Positions 51,861-64,000 of a DNA stretch of 64,000 nucleotides are shown one piece after another. Both the position numbers and the translations under genes were made by a program. This DNA comes from Paramecium tetraurelia (taxonomy: Eukaryota), in contig CT868207.1 of NCBI GenBank assembly GCA_000165425.1, forward strand, positions 744,001 to 808,000, in the 5' to 3' direction. How positions within the stretch are numbered: position 1 is the first letter of the stretch; the number at the start of each line of letters is the position of its first letter. The notes below the pieces were generated by a model. That model was not told where the DNA came from. It was given only the letters and a program-made list of their open reading frames with translations, and ran no database searches.

Positions 51861-53559
51861 TCATTCCTTCTTCTTCTTTTTCTTCTTTTTAGTTTTCTTT
51901 GCTACCTCAAAAGGATTGCTCATAATCATTGATCCAATATCTGGGATTTTATCTTACAGATTATTTTTATCAACTGTAGGGGCTATTAAACCTGTCATTA
52001 TTTTCTTAAGAGGCACAACTATCTTATGTTTGGCCATTCTATTTTTAATCTATTTAATAACAATAATTTGCGTACTTCATATACTTCCTTTAATTGTTCT
52101 TCAGAAACCTTCTCAGGACTAAATGCATCAATTACACTTGCAATTTTATTCTTTTACGAGATTGATCTGTTTTTTTAATCGCTTATACCATAAACAGACA
52201 ATGATTATTATGCTTTCATAGGAGTAATATCAATATTTGATAAATTTAATAAACTTGTATATTTCTTTTTTGTGATTTCAATTTTTTATTTTGAGACTGA
52301 TTCCTCCATTTCAATCATAGTTCTAACTGAATTATTTTTAGAAGTATTCACAATAATTGGAAGTTACTTTAAATTAATAACTTTTGGATCATATCCGATA
52401 TAATATTACTTTTTTGTTTATAAAGGAGAATCTGGAATGTAATCCAATTATTAATATCTACTTCCAAATTAGGAGGAATCTTGTCTTCTATCCACTTCCT
52501 TCTAAATTCTTGATTTATTTTTTGACCATTTTAACATAGAATTTACTAATTCTTAATCTTCTTTCTAGTTTTTATATTCTTTTTATCTATTGGTAATCCA
52601 CCTTTATTATAATGATGCTTCAATTTCTGAGTTGGATGGTTAATATTATTAATACATTTAACGAATTTCAAAAGATTTGCTTTATTGTCTTTATATACTC
52701 ATATCTTAATCATCTTTTAGAAATGCTTTGATTGGTTCTATGGGCATTCTATTTTCTTCATTTTCTGTATCTTTCTCCTATTGTTATTATTCGTCATAAA
52801 TTGAAAATCTATTGACATTGTTTTACGTAGGAAAAAAGGATGATTAAGACTCTTGTTTTAATTGTGAAATCTACAATTATTATTGAATCAATGTTTTTCT
52901 TGAGTATGATTATAATCTTGAAATAAATTTAATTTTGATACCTAACATCGGGGGGATCAATTTCTTTATGAATGGTTCTTTGCTGTTATTTAAAATCCCT
53001 AATATTTTCTTGTATAATTTAGCTAGGCAATTACTTTTATTCACTAAAATCTAGGAAATGTCTTTTTGTTTCATCATTGGTTGTACCATCAAAATTAGAA
53101 CTTTCATATTTAAAATCAACTGATTGAGTATGTTTACAGCGACTCTTTAAGGATCTTTATTATTCTTGATTATTCCATTCATATATCTTTAATATAAATT
53201 CTTCCTATTATTCTTTGTTTGTAGATAGCAAAGCTTCTCTTAACAATTATAAAATCTGAGAATGAAAATTATAACGAGAAGGAAAATTCTAAGGAGTAAT
53301 TTTGCTAACTTCTGCTTATTATAACTAAGTTAATGTTAAGGTTTACTTATTTATTAAAGGATGTCAATTACTCTTTCAATACGTTGAATTTTTCATTTTT
53401 ATCCAAGTGAATGCCTTTCAAACCACTCAGATCAAATTACTAATAAACAAATTTATTATGCCATTATCTCACATTTCTATAGAATTCCAATTTGTCTTCA
53501 TAACTGATATATTTTAATTGGGGAACCTCATTTGATTACCCTTTATGAATTTCATTCAT
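51861..53559 (-). CDS. Hypothetical protein (coiled-coil, basic C-terminus)
   Basis: ATG 53559 (MNEIHKGQSNEVPQL...), long spliced frame. 3' end approximate. Confidence 0.6.
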
Positions 53560-53760
53560 AATAAATTTTATTATTATATAAAAATAAAGTAGTTAACACA
53601 TTTTTTTGGGATTCCGTTATTGATATATAATATTATTTGATATTGGTTATAATGTAAATAAAAAGTATAGAGTAATAGAAGAGAAGATTTTAATTAATGA
53701 TTACGATAAATCTGTAAATTATAATATTTATACTTTATTAGTTGATCAAATAAAAAATAA

Positions 53761-55954
53761 ATGAGACCATCAAGTGCCTCTGGATGCTAATCAAGGGAAT
53801 AAGAGAAAACTAATAAAGAGCAAAACAAGTCATCCAAGTAGTTATATGAATAAATCTGTATTCTAGTCCTTATAAATTACCAATAGGAATTAAATCTAAT
53901 AAGCCAAGTGGTTCTACATAGAAAATGGATTGGGAAAAGTTGTATGAAGAGAGTCATCAATTAAAGTTGATAGTGAACTAATTAAGAGACGAGAATATAA
54001 AATTAAAGACTAAAAATGTTAATTTAGAAGTAAAACTTAATTTATTATTGTTCAAAGAAAGATTTAGTCAAGTGCACAAATATCATTGAGGAAATGGAAT
54101 AGACAGGAAATATGAAAAGATTCTATTAAACTCCAACATAAGATAATTAAATGATATTAAACTTGAAAAATCAAGTCAAATAATTAAATGAACAACTAAA
54201 TGATTCAAAATAAGAATTATAAAATATGAAGAAGACTTCCAAATACACCAAACTTACAGAATTAGAAATTGAATGTAAATCATTTTAAGATGAAACCATA
54301 CGGCTCTCTCAAATTATAGAATAGTTAATAACTGATAATATTTATTAAAAATAATTTGAAAATGAACAAAACAAATTGAAAGAAATGTTAATGCAGAGAG
54401 AATAACTCATTAAATAAATGCAATAGGAATTAGAATACTATATGGAAGAGAATAAAGCACTATCAGAGAAACTCCAACAAATGGTTTAAGCATATCAAGA
54501 ACTCGATAAAATCTATAATAAATATTAGAATGAGGCGAAAAACAAACTCAAAATAAAAGATAAATAAATCTCTGATCTTAAAAATGACATTGACAGAATT
54601 TCATTAAATACAAAATAAACAAAATAAATTACCATCAAGAAACCAAATCCATAAAAATTCATGGATAAATCACTTAATAGCACTACCAAAAGAGACTAAT
54701 CATTTAAAATCAACAATAATACTAATAACACCAGCAATAACAATAATATTTTAAGCTCAAGTGTCAATCGATCTGTAATGGACTTGATCGATGAGCCTGT
54801 TAAAATATAAGACCTTTCAGAAATAAGTATTATCTATTCAAATATTTTAGGGTTGGAATTACGACTAAGATTAAGCTCAGCATAAATACCTGCTATGAAA
54901 TTAGATCGTCATCTATTTAATTAAACTGCAAATTCTATCGATTTCAGTTCCCTTCATGATAGATTAACGAAATAACCATTTCTCTTAGATAAACCAGATG
55001 CTATGTTATTTGCCAGATATCTAGTCGAAAAACACAATCAACAATATCCCTATAATGTCAATATCAATTTAACTCAATAGAATGAAATTGTCAAATCAGA
55101 ATTTATGAATATCATAGGTTTTTGGCCTATTTATGACAAAGTTGAATCAAAAATTTTAGAAATCTGTATCTCAAAATTGTTTATTAACATCTTATCATTG
55201 TTGGAATAGAAACTAAATGGTTAGAGCTTCAAATATATTGATTTATTCTCTTTGCTGGATTCAATTGCAAAACTACAAAAATAATAGAGTCTTCAATAAG
55301 TTGAATATTAATATCTTCTCTTAAAAGTACATTTTTAAATTATTCAGTTAGGTAATTAAAGATTGCCAAAACATTAGAAAATTGAATGGTTCTTTGATAC
55401 TTAAATATTTAAAGGAACTTTGTGATTCCAACGAATAGGAGGATGAAAATGCTCTTGAAGAATTATTAAATTATTATAAGGGATAATAAAAACGAAATTG
55501 CTTCTTCTTTAAACAACTCCGATTAAAATAAGAATAAATCTTGTATCTATTTGAAGTGGATCAAAAGGTCTATGATCCTTAAATAGAGTAAGGAATCGAT
55601 AAATCATCTTAAACTTATTTAATGAAACATGGGTTAATCAGAAGTTATTCTGAACCTAACTTTTATGAATTGTAATTACTTTAAGTAGATGAAGATGAAG
55701 AAGATGGAGAATAATTGTATTAGGAAGTTTTTCATAACTAAATGAAGGGAAAATAATCACATGAAGATGATGATGAAGAAAAATATTATGTTGAAGACAA
55801 CGATATTAATGATGATGATTATTAATTAGATCAAAATTCGAATGATTAGAATGAGGATTATTCAGAAAGTGAACCTAAATACTAAATCAAAAATAGATCC
55901 AATAAATCGGATAATTATGAAGAAGATGAATTTGAAAATGAATTAGAAAATTGA
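53761..55954 (+). CDS. IQCE-like coiled-coil protein with an acidic tail
   Basis: EKLYEESHQLK...ENIKLKTK..NLE and KYTKLTELEIECKSFQDETIRL resemble IQCE blocks. D/E-rich C-terminus. Confidence 0.65.
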
Positions 55955-56204
55955 AAATCAATTTATCTATAAATAAATGTATTTCTATTTAAAATTTTCA
56001 CTTTACTATCAGTTTTTTATTAATTATCAGCACTTAATTATTTTTATTATCAATAAATATTTTGAAATTTAATGAGATTTATAACACTTTATAATTAACT
56101 AATAAGCTAAAAGGACATCTAGTTTTATTTCAATATAATCACAACATGAAAATTAATTAACTTTAGAAAACGAATTTAAAGTACATTATGAATATATTAT
56201 AAAA

Positions 56205-56665
56205 TCACTTCATATAATAGGTTTATGGTCTACCTTAATGGTTTACGATAACAATCTTCTACGTTACAGATTATAATGATTTATTTTAGGGGGGATATTG
56301 AGTTTTATTGGATATTTTGAAAATCTTTGGACAATCAATCATCGAGATAGCAATCTTTTTTCTTTTTTTTTCCTAGAGTCATTTGAATATTTACTTAATT
56401 TTAATGGTTAGAGTAACTAGTTTCTTGATCAAATTAAGTATTAAAACACTGGAGATTGGGATTATTAAATAATTATTATGATTGTTATTAATGCTATGAA
56501 TATTATTTATTGGGTAAGAGTCTTCTAATTGCTAAAGATTGTTATTTTTTATTTTCTTATTTTGTTTATAGAAATATTTTTTAATACAAGTCAAGATCAC
56601 GCAATAATTTTTCACTCTGGGCAAATTCAATTTTTTGTTGATGACTTTTCATTAATTTTTTCATT
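56205..56665 (-). CDS. Hypothetical protein
   Basis: ATG 56665 (MKKLMKSHQQKIEFAQSEKLLRDL...), open code-6 frame. Confidence 0.5.
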
Positions 56666-57610
56666 AATTATATTTTAGAATTGATGCATTATATTTCAAT
56701 GAATTTATTTTTCATATAAATAGATGGCATTATCATATCTATTATTTAAAGAGATAATGTGCAAATTATAGATTCTAGAATCAGATGGTTTATCAATTAA
56801 ATCATTTACTTAAATACTAGTTTTGATTTCTCATTTGATTCTTGATAAACAATAGTAGTTGTTAATCAATCAAAGTTCCTTATAATAGTTTATTTCATTT
56901 CTAAATTTTAAATTATATTTGATAGCATAAGATTTTCCTCAACTATCTTATCACAGCAAAAACATACAATGTATCATTTTAGAATCATATCTTCTTATTT
57001 AATTGGCTGTTTAGTTAAAGCAACCTCTTTTTTTCTAAAGTAAGTTTTGATACGAATTGGAAACAGTATGTCAAAGAGATTATAATTGCAGATGGAATAG
57101 GTAGTGAAGATATATGGTCTGACTAAACTGAACACAACTAAAATAAAATCCATTCTTTCTTCATTTCATCAGATTTATCTTCCAAAAAATTCACCTTTGC
57201 TATCAAGAAATTTCGAATTGAATTTTAATACTGTCACTAAAGTTGATAAGAAAATTTAGAGGTTATTTTTAATGTTTCAATATTATAAAGACATACCTAT
57301 TGATCAGCTAGAAGGCCTTATAAAGTTATCATGAATCAGAAACAGTTAATTAGGTTTAATATAACATCTTAATTAAAATTGATTATCCTATATAAACATT
57401 TACTTTTAATATATATAATTTTCTATTCCTATTTCTAATTAGTAATTTATAAATGAATTTGCCGATTAATTTAATTGATTTCAAATTAGGCCATAAATAT
57501 ATGTAAATTTATGATTGCATAGCTTAAGTCAAACATCTAAAATATTTAAATTATATAACTACAGATTTGTGTAAAATTATATGATAATCATTTCAAATAA
57601 ATTATAATAA

Positions 57611-60308
57611 ATGAAATAACATGAGAATAATTACTTTGTAAAATCACTAATAAAGCCCTTTTCATAAGTGAGTACTAATTCGGCAGTTACTAGATCAATC
57701 GAATAGAAACCAGTATCTTATTTAACTTTTACTCGTACTAAACATAGAAGAAAAAATGAGACCGCTATCAAATTACCTGAATTATAGCCCTCATCATTAA
57801 GAGCGAAAACTGAATAAGATCAACCTGTTATTAATGAATTAAAGAAATCTATTGTAATTATTAGTAGAAAACCAAGTGGAGTATTTCAATCCTAGAGGAT
57901 AAAAACTTAACCATCAATTCAAGTGTGGGAACCTGAAGTAAAGGAATTTGAAGTAGTAAAAGAAATTAAGCAAGAAAAGCCTAAATTTGTTGATGTTCTT
58001 TGTGAAGAATTAATATTAGGATAAAAATTTCCATAATTTAAAGCAAGGAATCAAATTAAATGTAAAATTAAGATCAATGAACTTGAAGGATTTCAAGATA
58101 GAAGTTCAAGGATTTTGAGAAAAATAATTTAATTGTTAAAGACTCATCGAGAAAGATCAGAAGAAAAAGAACTAAAGAGTAAAACAGCAATTGACACTTA
58201 AATGCTTAAATCAAATATTTTCATACAAACTTAAACTCAATATCTTCCGTAATAATCACTAACTAATTCAAAAGAGATGCTCTTTCAATAGTAATTATCA
58301 GCTATACCGAAAAAACATACCAAATTTAGCTCCTAAATAACTTTGACTCATTAGGATGAATCTATTAAAAAAATGAAAAGTATAATAGAAGCAATAAAAG
58401 AGAAATCTTAAGATAAAGGAAAATAGGTATAAGTAAGTGCTACTACTCCGTAATTTCCAGTAAATAATAAAAAGAAAATAAAAGTTCTTGTTGAATATCC
58501 AGAAGAACAAAAATAAAATAAGATGGAATTCTTTATTCCTCATTATATGGAAGAAGATCAAATAAGATAATAATAATAATCGAATGAAGTTATAGAAATA
58601 AAAAATCCTAAGAAATCAAATATTTATTCTCTTGTTTCTAAAAATATGTTTAATAAGTAATTATAATTATAATCTAGAAAATTGAATAAAATACAAAATG
58701 TAAATGATTAGATTTTTGATGAATTCAATTCAGACAAAGCTGCTCAATTTACTCGATATTATCTTTAAAATTATGTTTTAAAATGTTTAAATTAAAATAA
58801 AATGAAAGAATAAAAGGATAATGAGACTATACCAAATATAATGAGATAAGATTCAAAATTAGATTAATAGCTATTTGTATCAAAAGTTCTTTTTGATCAA
58901 TCAATTATAGTAACTATTATTTATAGTTAAGTAAGACTTTCAAACAACAAGATTTTTAGATATTAATAGCTTTATTTATAGATGTCCAGAACCTTTTGAT
59001 TCCTAGAATTCAAGTATGTTATCCGATTATAGTTATCTGACAAATAAAAGCTAATAAGATTACTCATATGATTAAGGAATGAAATTGAAATATCTATCCT
59101 CATCCAAGCTTTTGAATCCACGAGCATGTTAAGAGAAATTAATTAAATTTATTATTTCAACAATTTCAGATGATTCAAAAAATGTACTTTTGCATGAACA
59201 AATAATGGCATTTGATAATAATATAGAACCAATAATCCATATAGATTATGAATTGTAATGCTAACCCCGTATGATTTTTATATTAATTTAGATTTGGAGG
59301 CCATAAATAGACTTTTTCTAAGAACAAATACAAAGGATCGAAAAAAATATCTATAGTTAGTTTATAAGAATTATGAAAATATCTGCATAGGATAGTTTGA
59401 AGATGATTACAAACATCTAATAAATACATAAGAAAAACGATTTATTAAATACTGCTATTAGCAATAAAATAATAGTGTGGATAATACTTCTATAAAAAAT
59501 TCGAATATGTTGAAATCTAGACATTATAGAGAAACTACAATAGAAACCATACCAAAGCAAGCCAATCTAATGACCTTATCCTTACCTCCAGCAACAAAGA
59601 GTAGATCCGAATCTCCTTCCAATATTGTAAGAATAAACCTTATTAAAATTAGAGCGAAACAAAAACTTAGAAGAATGCGAGCTAAAATCAATAACCAGTG
59701 GCTCGAAATGCATTCAGAAGTACTAATTTATAATTTTATGAAGAGCCTTCCTAAAAGTATTTACAAGTTTAAGGAGCAAACAAAATTCAATCTTAATCAC
59801 AGATCTCTAAGGTTCAAAATTTATCAGTTGTCAAAGAAAACGAGTAATAAATTGTTTATAAGGAAACATAATAAATTCAATAAAAAAGTAAATAAAGCGA
59901 TGTTAAATAATAATCTATGCATCCATACTCATTATTATTCAGAAATATGATTATCTAGCAAACAAAAAATGAGGATAAGACATTAATAGAAAAGATATTC
60001 ATTATGGTTGAAGAACATCGATTGTCGGATCTAAAGGAAATCCTAAAATTGGAAGCAACAATGGATATTAATTATTAGAATGAAGAAGGCAACACTATGT
60101 TAATATCAGCATCTAAATGTGGAGCTACATAAATTGTTGATTACTTATTGAAGAATGGTGCTGATGTTAATATCCAAAATGTACTCTTTCACTATAGTTT
60201 TCATAGCATAACGGATAAACAGCCATGGATGTTGCCTTGGAAAATTACTAATTTGCTACTGCAGATATTATATTCAAATACCTAAAGCCAGAGAACAAAT
60301 CATTTTGA
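57611..60308 (+). CDS. Large protein with C-terminal ankyrin repeats
   Basis: DINYQNEEGNTMLISASKCG..IVDYLLKNGADVNIQN, GQTAMDVAL. TGA 60306-60308. Confidence 0.8.
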
Positions 60309-60490
60309 GAACTTTTATTTTATGTAAATATTTCACTTAATTCAGATTTTTTCTATCAAATTTAAAGAAGAGAGGGAATACTTTCTGACAATAGTGTTTT
60401 TATATAATATTTAATTAAGCTGATTCTGTTAAATCAAGTTTATTATCTAGATTCACATTTTTAAATAATAATTCATCTTAATTACATTAT

Positions 60491-61513
60491 ATGAATTAAT
60501 GCATCATATGGATTAAGCTTTTGCTTAGAAAATGCTTATCAATCTTCTAGTACACTAAAATTAGAACAGCTGATTCACATTACTAGATGCAATAGTTTAA
60601 TTAAGTAGAATTGAATGCAGATAAAGACATTGAGAATAATTTAAAAGAAGAGTTAAAGAATGAGAGTATCTATTAATTTTCAATATTTTAAGATTACGAG
60701 ACTGAGTTGGCAACATCTGATTTGGAAACAAAAATTCAATCACAAAAATAATAATTAATTGAAAAATAGGAAATAATCGAAGAGATCCCATAACCTATTG
60801 ATATAAGCACAGTTAGATAATTTATTGAGACAACTCCTAATATCGATATTCATAACAAGGAGATTCTAACAGAATTAGGTAATAAATCAATTGAAATATA
60901 TCATTCAATTCTATATGATTATGATGGATATGAATAATTAGAGGACAATTAAGATGAATTTAGTTATTGGATTAAATATATAGAGACTCCTGAAAAATTT
61001 TAGATTCATCAGATGAGATACAAATACACTCTTAACACAACTATTTAGAAATATATGGCCTTTATGAAAAACTTAGAATTGCAAAAGAAATTGGATTCCT
61101 CCATTGATTAATTTGAATAACATTACTCGGATGATTCTTTATAAATTAATTACTTAAGGTATAAGAAGATCCTTTTTATGGATCCCAGAGATTTCCTATT
61201 TGCTAAGTTTACAAAATCCATTGACGAGAACACCGTTTTTGAAATTAGCAAATCCATAGAAAATGATGAATTTTAGCCTTTGTAATTTATGATTATATAA
61301 TATAGCAATCCATCTTCTAAATCAACAACTAGGGCCTTTCTTTTAATGAGTGGAAATTATATAAGGTAAATTGAAGAAAATAAATTGGAAATATAAACAT
61401 ATTCTGAATGCAATATGAAATTGAAATTAAAACCAATGATGACTAAAACAGCTAGTAAAAATGAAATTAAGAAATTAATAAAGAAGTACCGTGATCATTT
61501 TAATTAGTAATGA
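60491..61513 (+). CDS. START lipid-binding domain protein
   Basis: YLRYKKILFMDPRDFLF, ISKSIE, TRAFLLMSGNYI, C-terminal helix. Confidence 0.85.
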
Positions 61514-61520
61514 TGGTTTT

Positions 61521-62226
61521 TCATTTTATTATAATTTATTTCTTACTCATCAAAGCGTTTAAATATTCATTCATACCACTATACTCATTTTGGGTAAACT
61601 TAATTAAGACTAATTTCTAATTAATATCCAACTCAAACATATTATGAGGTCTTTTAATATTTTCTTCTTCGCTATTTTCAAGGACAAATAAATTATAAAA
61701 TTCATATTCACTTTTTGGTTGAGCTGCAGAATTTACAATTGTGAAATCATTAACATTGAATTTTAATAATCCCTAATTCTCATTCAATTTGAAAATCTCT
61801 CTTAATTTCTAATCATCACATTTACTCTGAGGTTCAGAAGCATTTAATTTATAAATAATCACATACTCCTTGCCATCCTTATCCATATAAATATATTCAG
61901 GTTTCTTTGCTTCTTATTATAAATGTGTTAATCTTGATTTTGAGTACATAAACTAAGATATAAGGTAAATATAATACAAACAATCCTAAAAATGCTGACG
62001 TATGTATGATATCTAGAGATCCAAAAAATAGCCAATAACTAGAGTATAGTGTGATTGGAACTAATTTTGCCATTCGCAAGTATATCTTCTATTTTTACTC
62101 TTCTGGAGACAACTCTTTCTACTTAAAAATTGGAATGTATTTTTGATTGACCCATAAATTAGGTGCTACATATTTTGTAGGGTAGTATTTTTGCAGAGTA
62201 CAAAATCTAGATATTAATTTAATCAT
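61521..62226 (-). CDS. Putative mitochondrial membrane protein (presequence-like start, TM hairpin, TMEM70/186/223-like layout)
   Basis: MIKLISRFC..., hydrophobic LVPITLYSSYWLFFG...SAFLGLFFMYS, soluble C-terminus. Two inferred introns. Confidence 0.55.
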
Positions 62227-62417
62227 AACTTAATTTTAATTTTATATACCAACACTATTAAATTCTATGAAACCTTGTATAATTAAGTAATCAATAGTAT
62301 TTTAAGCAGAATATTGATGCATATATTTTGATGAATTACATTACTATAATATTTCAAGTTCATATATTTAATATTTGTCTTAATACCATTTTGGCTTTCT
62401 CTAATACCAATTTGATA

Positions 62418-63205
62418 TCATTTCTCCTTTTTAATGAATAAGAAATCATTAAAAATAAAATAAATAACAAAATAAATGTTTTTCGACCTATTAGTTTGAA
62501 TAGAGGCTATCGTTTATCTTTAGGAATTTCCATATTTGATTATTAATGATGAGGGTCATTAACATGATGATGTTGATGATTGTGTTAATGCATTTAGCCT
62601 CTTTTCTGTGATTCTATCAAATGCAATTCATCTTATATTATCTATGGTTTATTTACTAACTTTACCTTTCTTACTTATTCATTATAAATATTTTTAGTTT
62701 CTTTTAATGCTTCTTGAATATCTACCAATTCAACCAGGGTCTCTAAGTAATATTATTTGAAAATGATTATTTATTGATCTTAATGCATATCCAATTATTA
62801 ATCAAACACATTTGAGAGCTTAATTATTTCTAAAGCCAATTTGTGTTATTTGAAAGTATTAAATAACCTTGCTCTTTACTATATTGAAATTAACTTACAG
62901 TTCTATGAGTAATTAAAAGTTTTCCTAAATTTATTATTTATTGTTCATCACTCTTTCAAATGCTTGATCATATAATCCATATTCTAATAAGGCTTACACT
63001 TTCTTTGAAAATTAATCACCTATATTAATTTAGCATTGTAAAGTACTCAAATTTGAATTATCAATTGATTATACATCTTGTCTCAGATTGTTTTAGATTA
63101 ACTCTTACATTCTTCTTATAAAAATTAATTACAATTAATATATTGAAATTCTGATTAAAATAATACAAAAATTGTGTTAATCAATTGGGACCATAGTTAT
63201 TACAT
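62418..63205 (-). CDS. Hypothetical coiled-coil protein with a His/Gln-rich C-terminus
   Basis: ATG 63205 (MQQLWSQLINTIF...), ends ...FIKKEK*. Confidence 0.5.
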
Positions 63206-63291
63206 ATACTTAGATATTATGATGTAAATTCTATGTATGATAAAATTAATTATTAAATAATATTCAATTAAAATAAAAAAATTAACGACAT

Positions 63292-64000
63292 ATGAATAAT
63301 GCCGCAGAAAAATTATGTGATATTTTTAATGCTACACTTACTGAACTTGAATCAAATATTATTACAAGCTCTATAAAATATACTTCTCAGCCTTAACGTT
63401 TACTTGAAGTATATCATTTTCATTAATTGCAATTAGGATCTGACATAATCAATCACTGATTTCAAAGCTAAATATTATGAATCATTACACAACTTAATGT
63501 CATTTTTTGGATAGCTCAGTAATGGGCATGATATCATTTTAGCAACTTAATACCTAGAAACACATCTTAAGAAATATAAATAATAATAAATTTTTATTCA
63601 AATGAAGAATATTTTAAATCTTAAATTAAAGGCACTCCTAGAAACATTTCCTAGAGATAATAATCAAAAACTAGAAGTATTTTATCTCAATTGCTATTTA
63701 AGGTATTAAACTAAATCACATCATTAAAAGATTCTTTAATGAAAATTGAATCAACCCTATTTGAATAAAAACAATTACTATCCCCTTCATAATAATATTT
63801 TATTACACCACACCCTAAAAAAGGCTTTATTTAAACATCATCCAAAAATACCTTAACTCCTAATTTAAGTGATGAGGCTGAAATGAGAGGAAAGGGTGTT
63901 TTCATAACCCCAGAAAATAGATAATAACAACCAAGTTAATTTGATCATTCACATTAATAATATTCTTCCACTGAAAGTTATTCTAAAATCTAGAATAAAA
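63292..64000 (+). CDS. Hypothetical protein, 3'-truncated by the window
   Basis: ATG 63292 (MNNAAEKLCDIFNATL...), small introns, open to the window end. Confidence 0.6.

Noticed and set aside
56690..57340. Possible minus-strand gene
   Set aside because: Partial protein-like frames, but no consistent start/splice/stop model or recognisable motif
59477..59950. Longest listed ORF (157 aa)
   Set aside because: An alternative frame inside the ankyrin gene. The code-6 frame (..PYQSKPIQ/..EVLIY region) is spliced and I could not support this ORF as a separate gene.
4863..62226. Functional cluster of mitochondrial genes (SURF1, DyP, COX6B-like, TMEM-like)
   Set aside because: Scattered over ~57 kb among unrelated genes, which is compatible with chance
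61521..62447. Possible TSG101/Vps23 UEV domain (YP...P motif)
   Set aside because: Full translation gives a presequence plus TM hairpin, with no UEV signature
1..64000. tRNA/rRNA genes, transposons, prokaryotic defence systems
   Set aside because: No GC-rich structured RNA, transposase/RT motifs or terminal repeats recognised. Small ncRNAs cannot be excluded without a covariance-model search.

Overview
This is gene-dense, very AT-rich ciliate macronuclear DNA, most consistent with Paramecium. Conserved proteins read through TAA/TAG as Gln (genetic code 6), stop only at TGA, and are split by 20-30 nt GT..AG introns. The supplied standard-code ORF track is therefore mostly fragments or antisense noise. 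Manual translation gives about 35 genes. Recognisable ones are two Pumilio/PUF proteins, an INCENP IN-box protein, SDE2, a PIG3-type quinone oxidoreductase, SURF1, pantothenate kinase, a p24 cargo receptor, a TIS11-like tandem CCCH protein, KATNIP, VPS26C, a DyP-type peroxidase, a P4-ATPase-like/guanylyl cyclase fusion, RPL36, an ULK-like kinase plus a related pseudokinase, FCF2, a RING protein, a COX6B-like protein, a TBC RabGAP, a 9.2 kb IP3R/RyR-type Ca2+ release channel, and IQCE-like, ankyrin and START proteins. The most notable oddities are an 83-aa CaaX protein resembling a G-protein gamma subunit, an FCF2 with TGA at a conserved Gln, a bacterial-type DyP with a mitochondrial-like presequence, a fully degenerate ATPase half of the cyclase, an altered channel filter (TGSIGA), and two similar 28-nt introns in one gene. 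All calls come from hand translation and recalled family motifs. No searches were run, so exon boundaries of the hypothetical genes are approximate.
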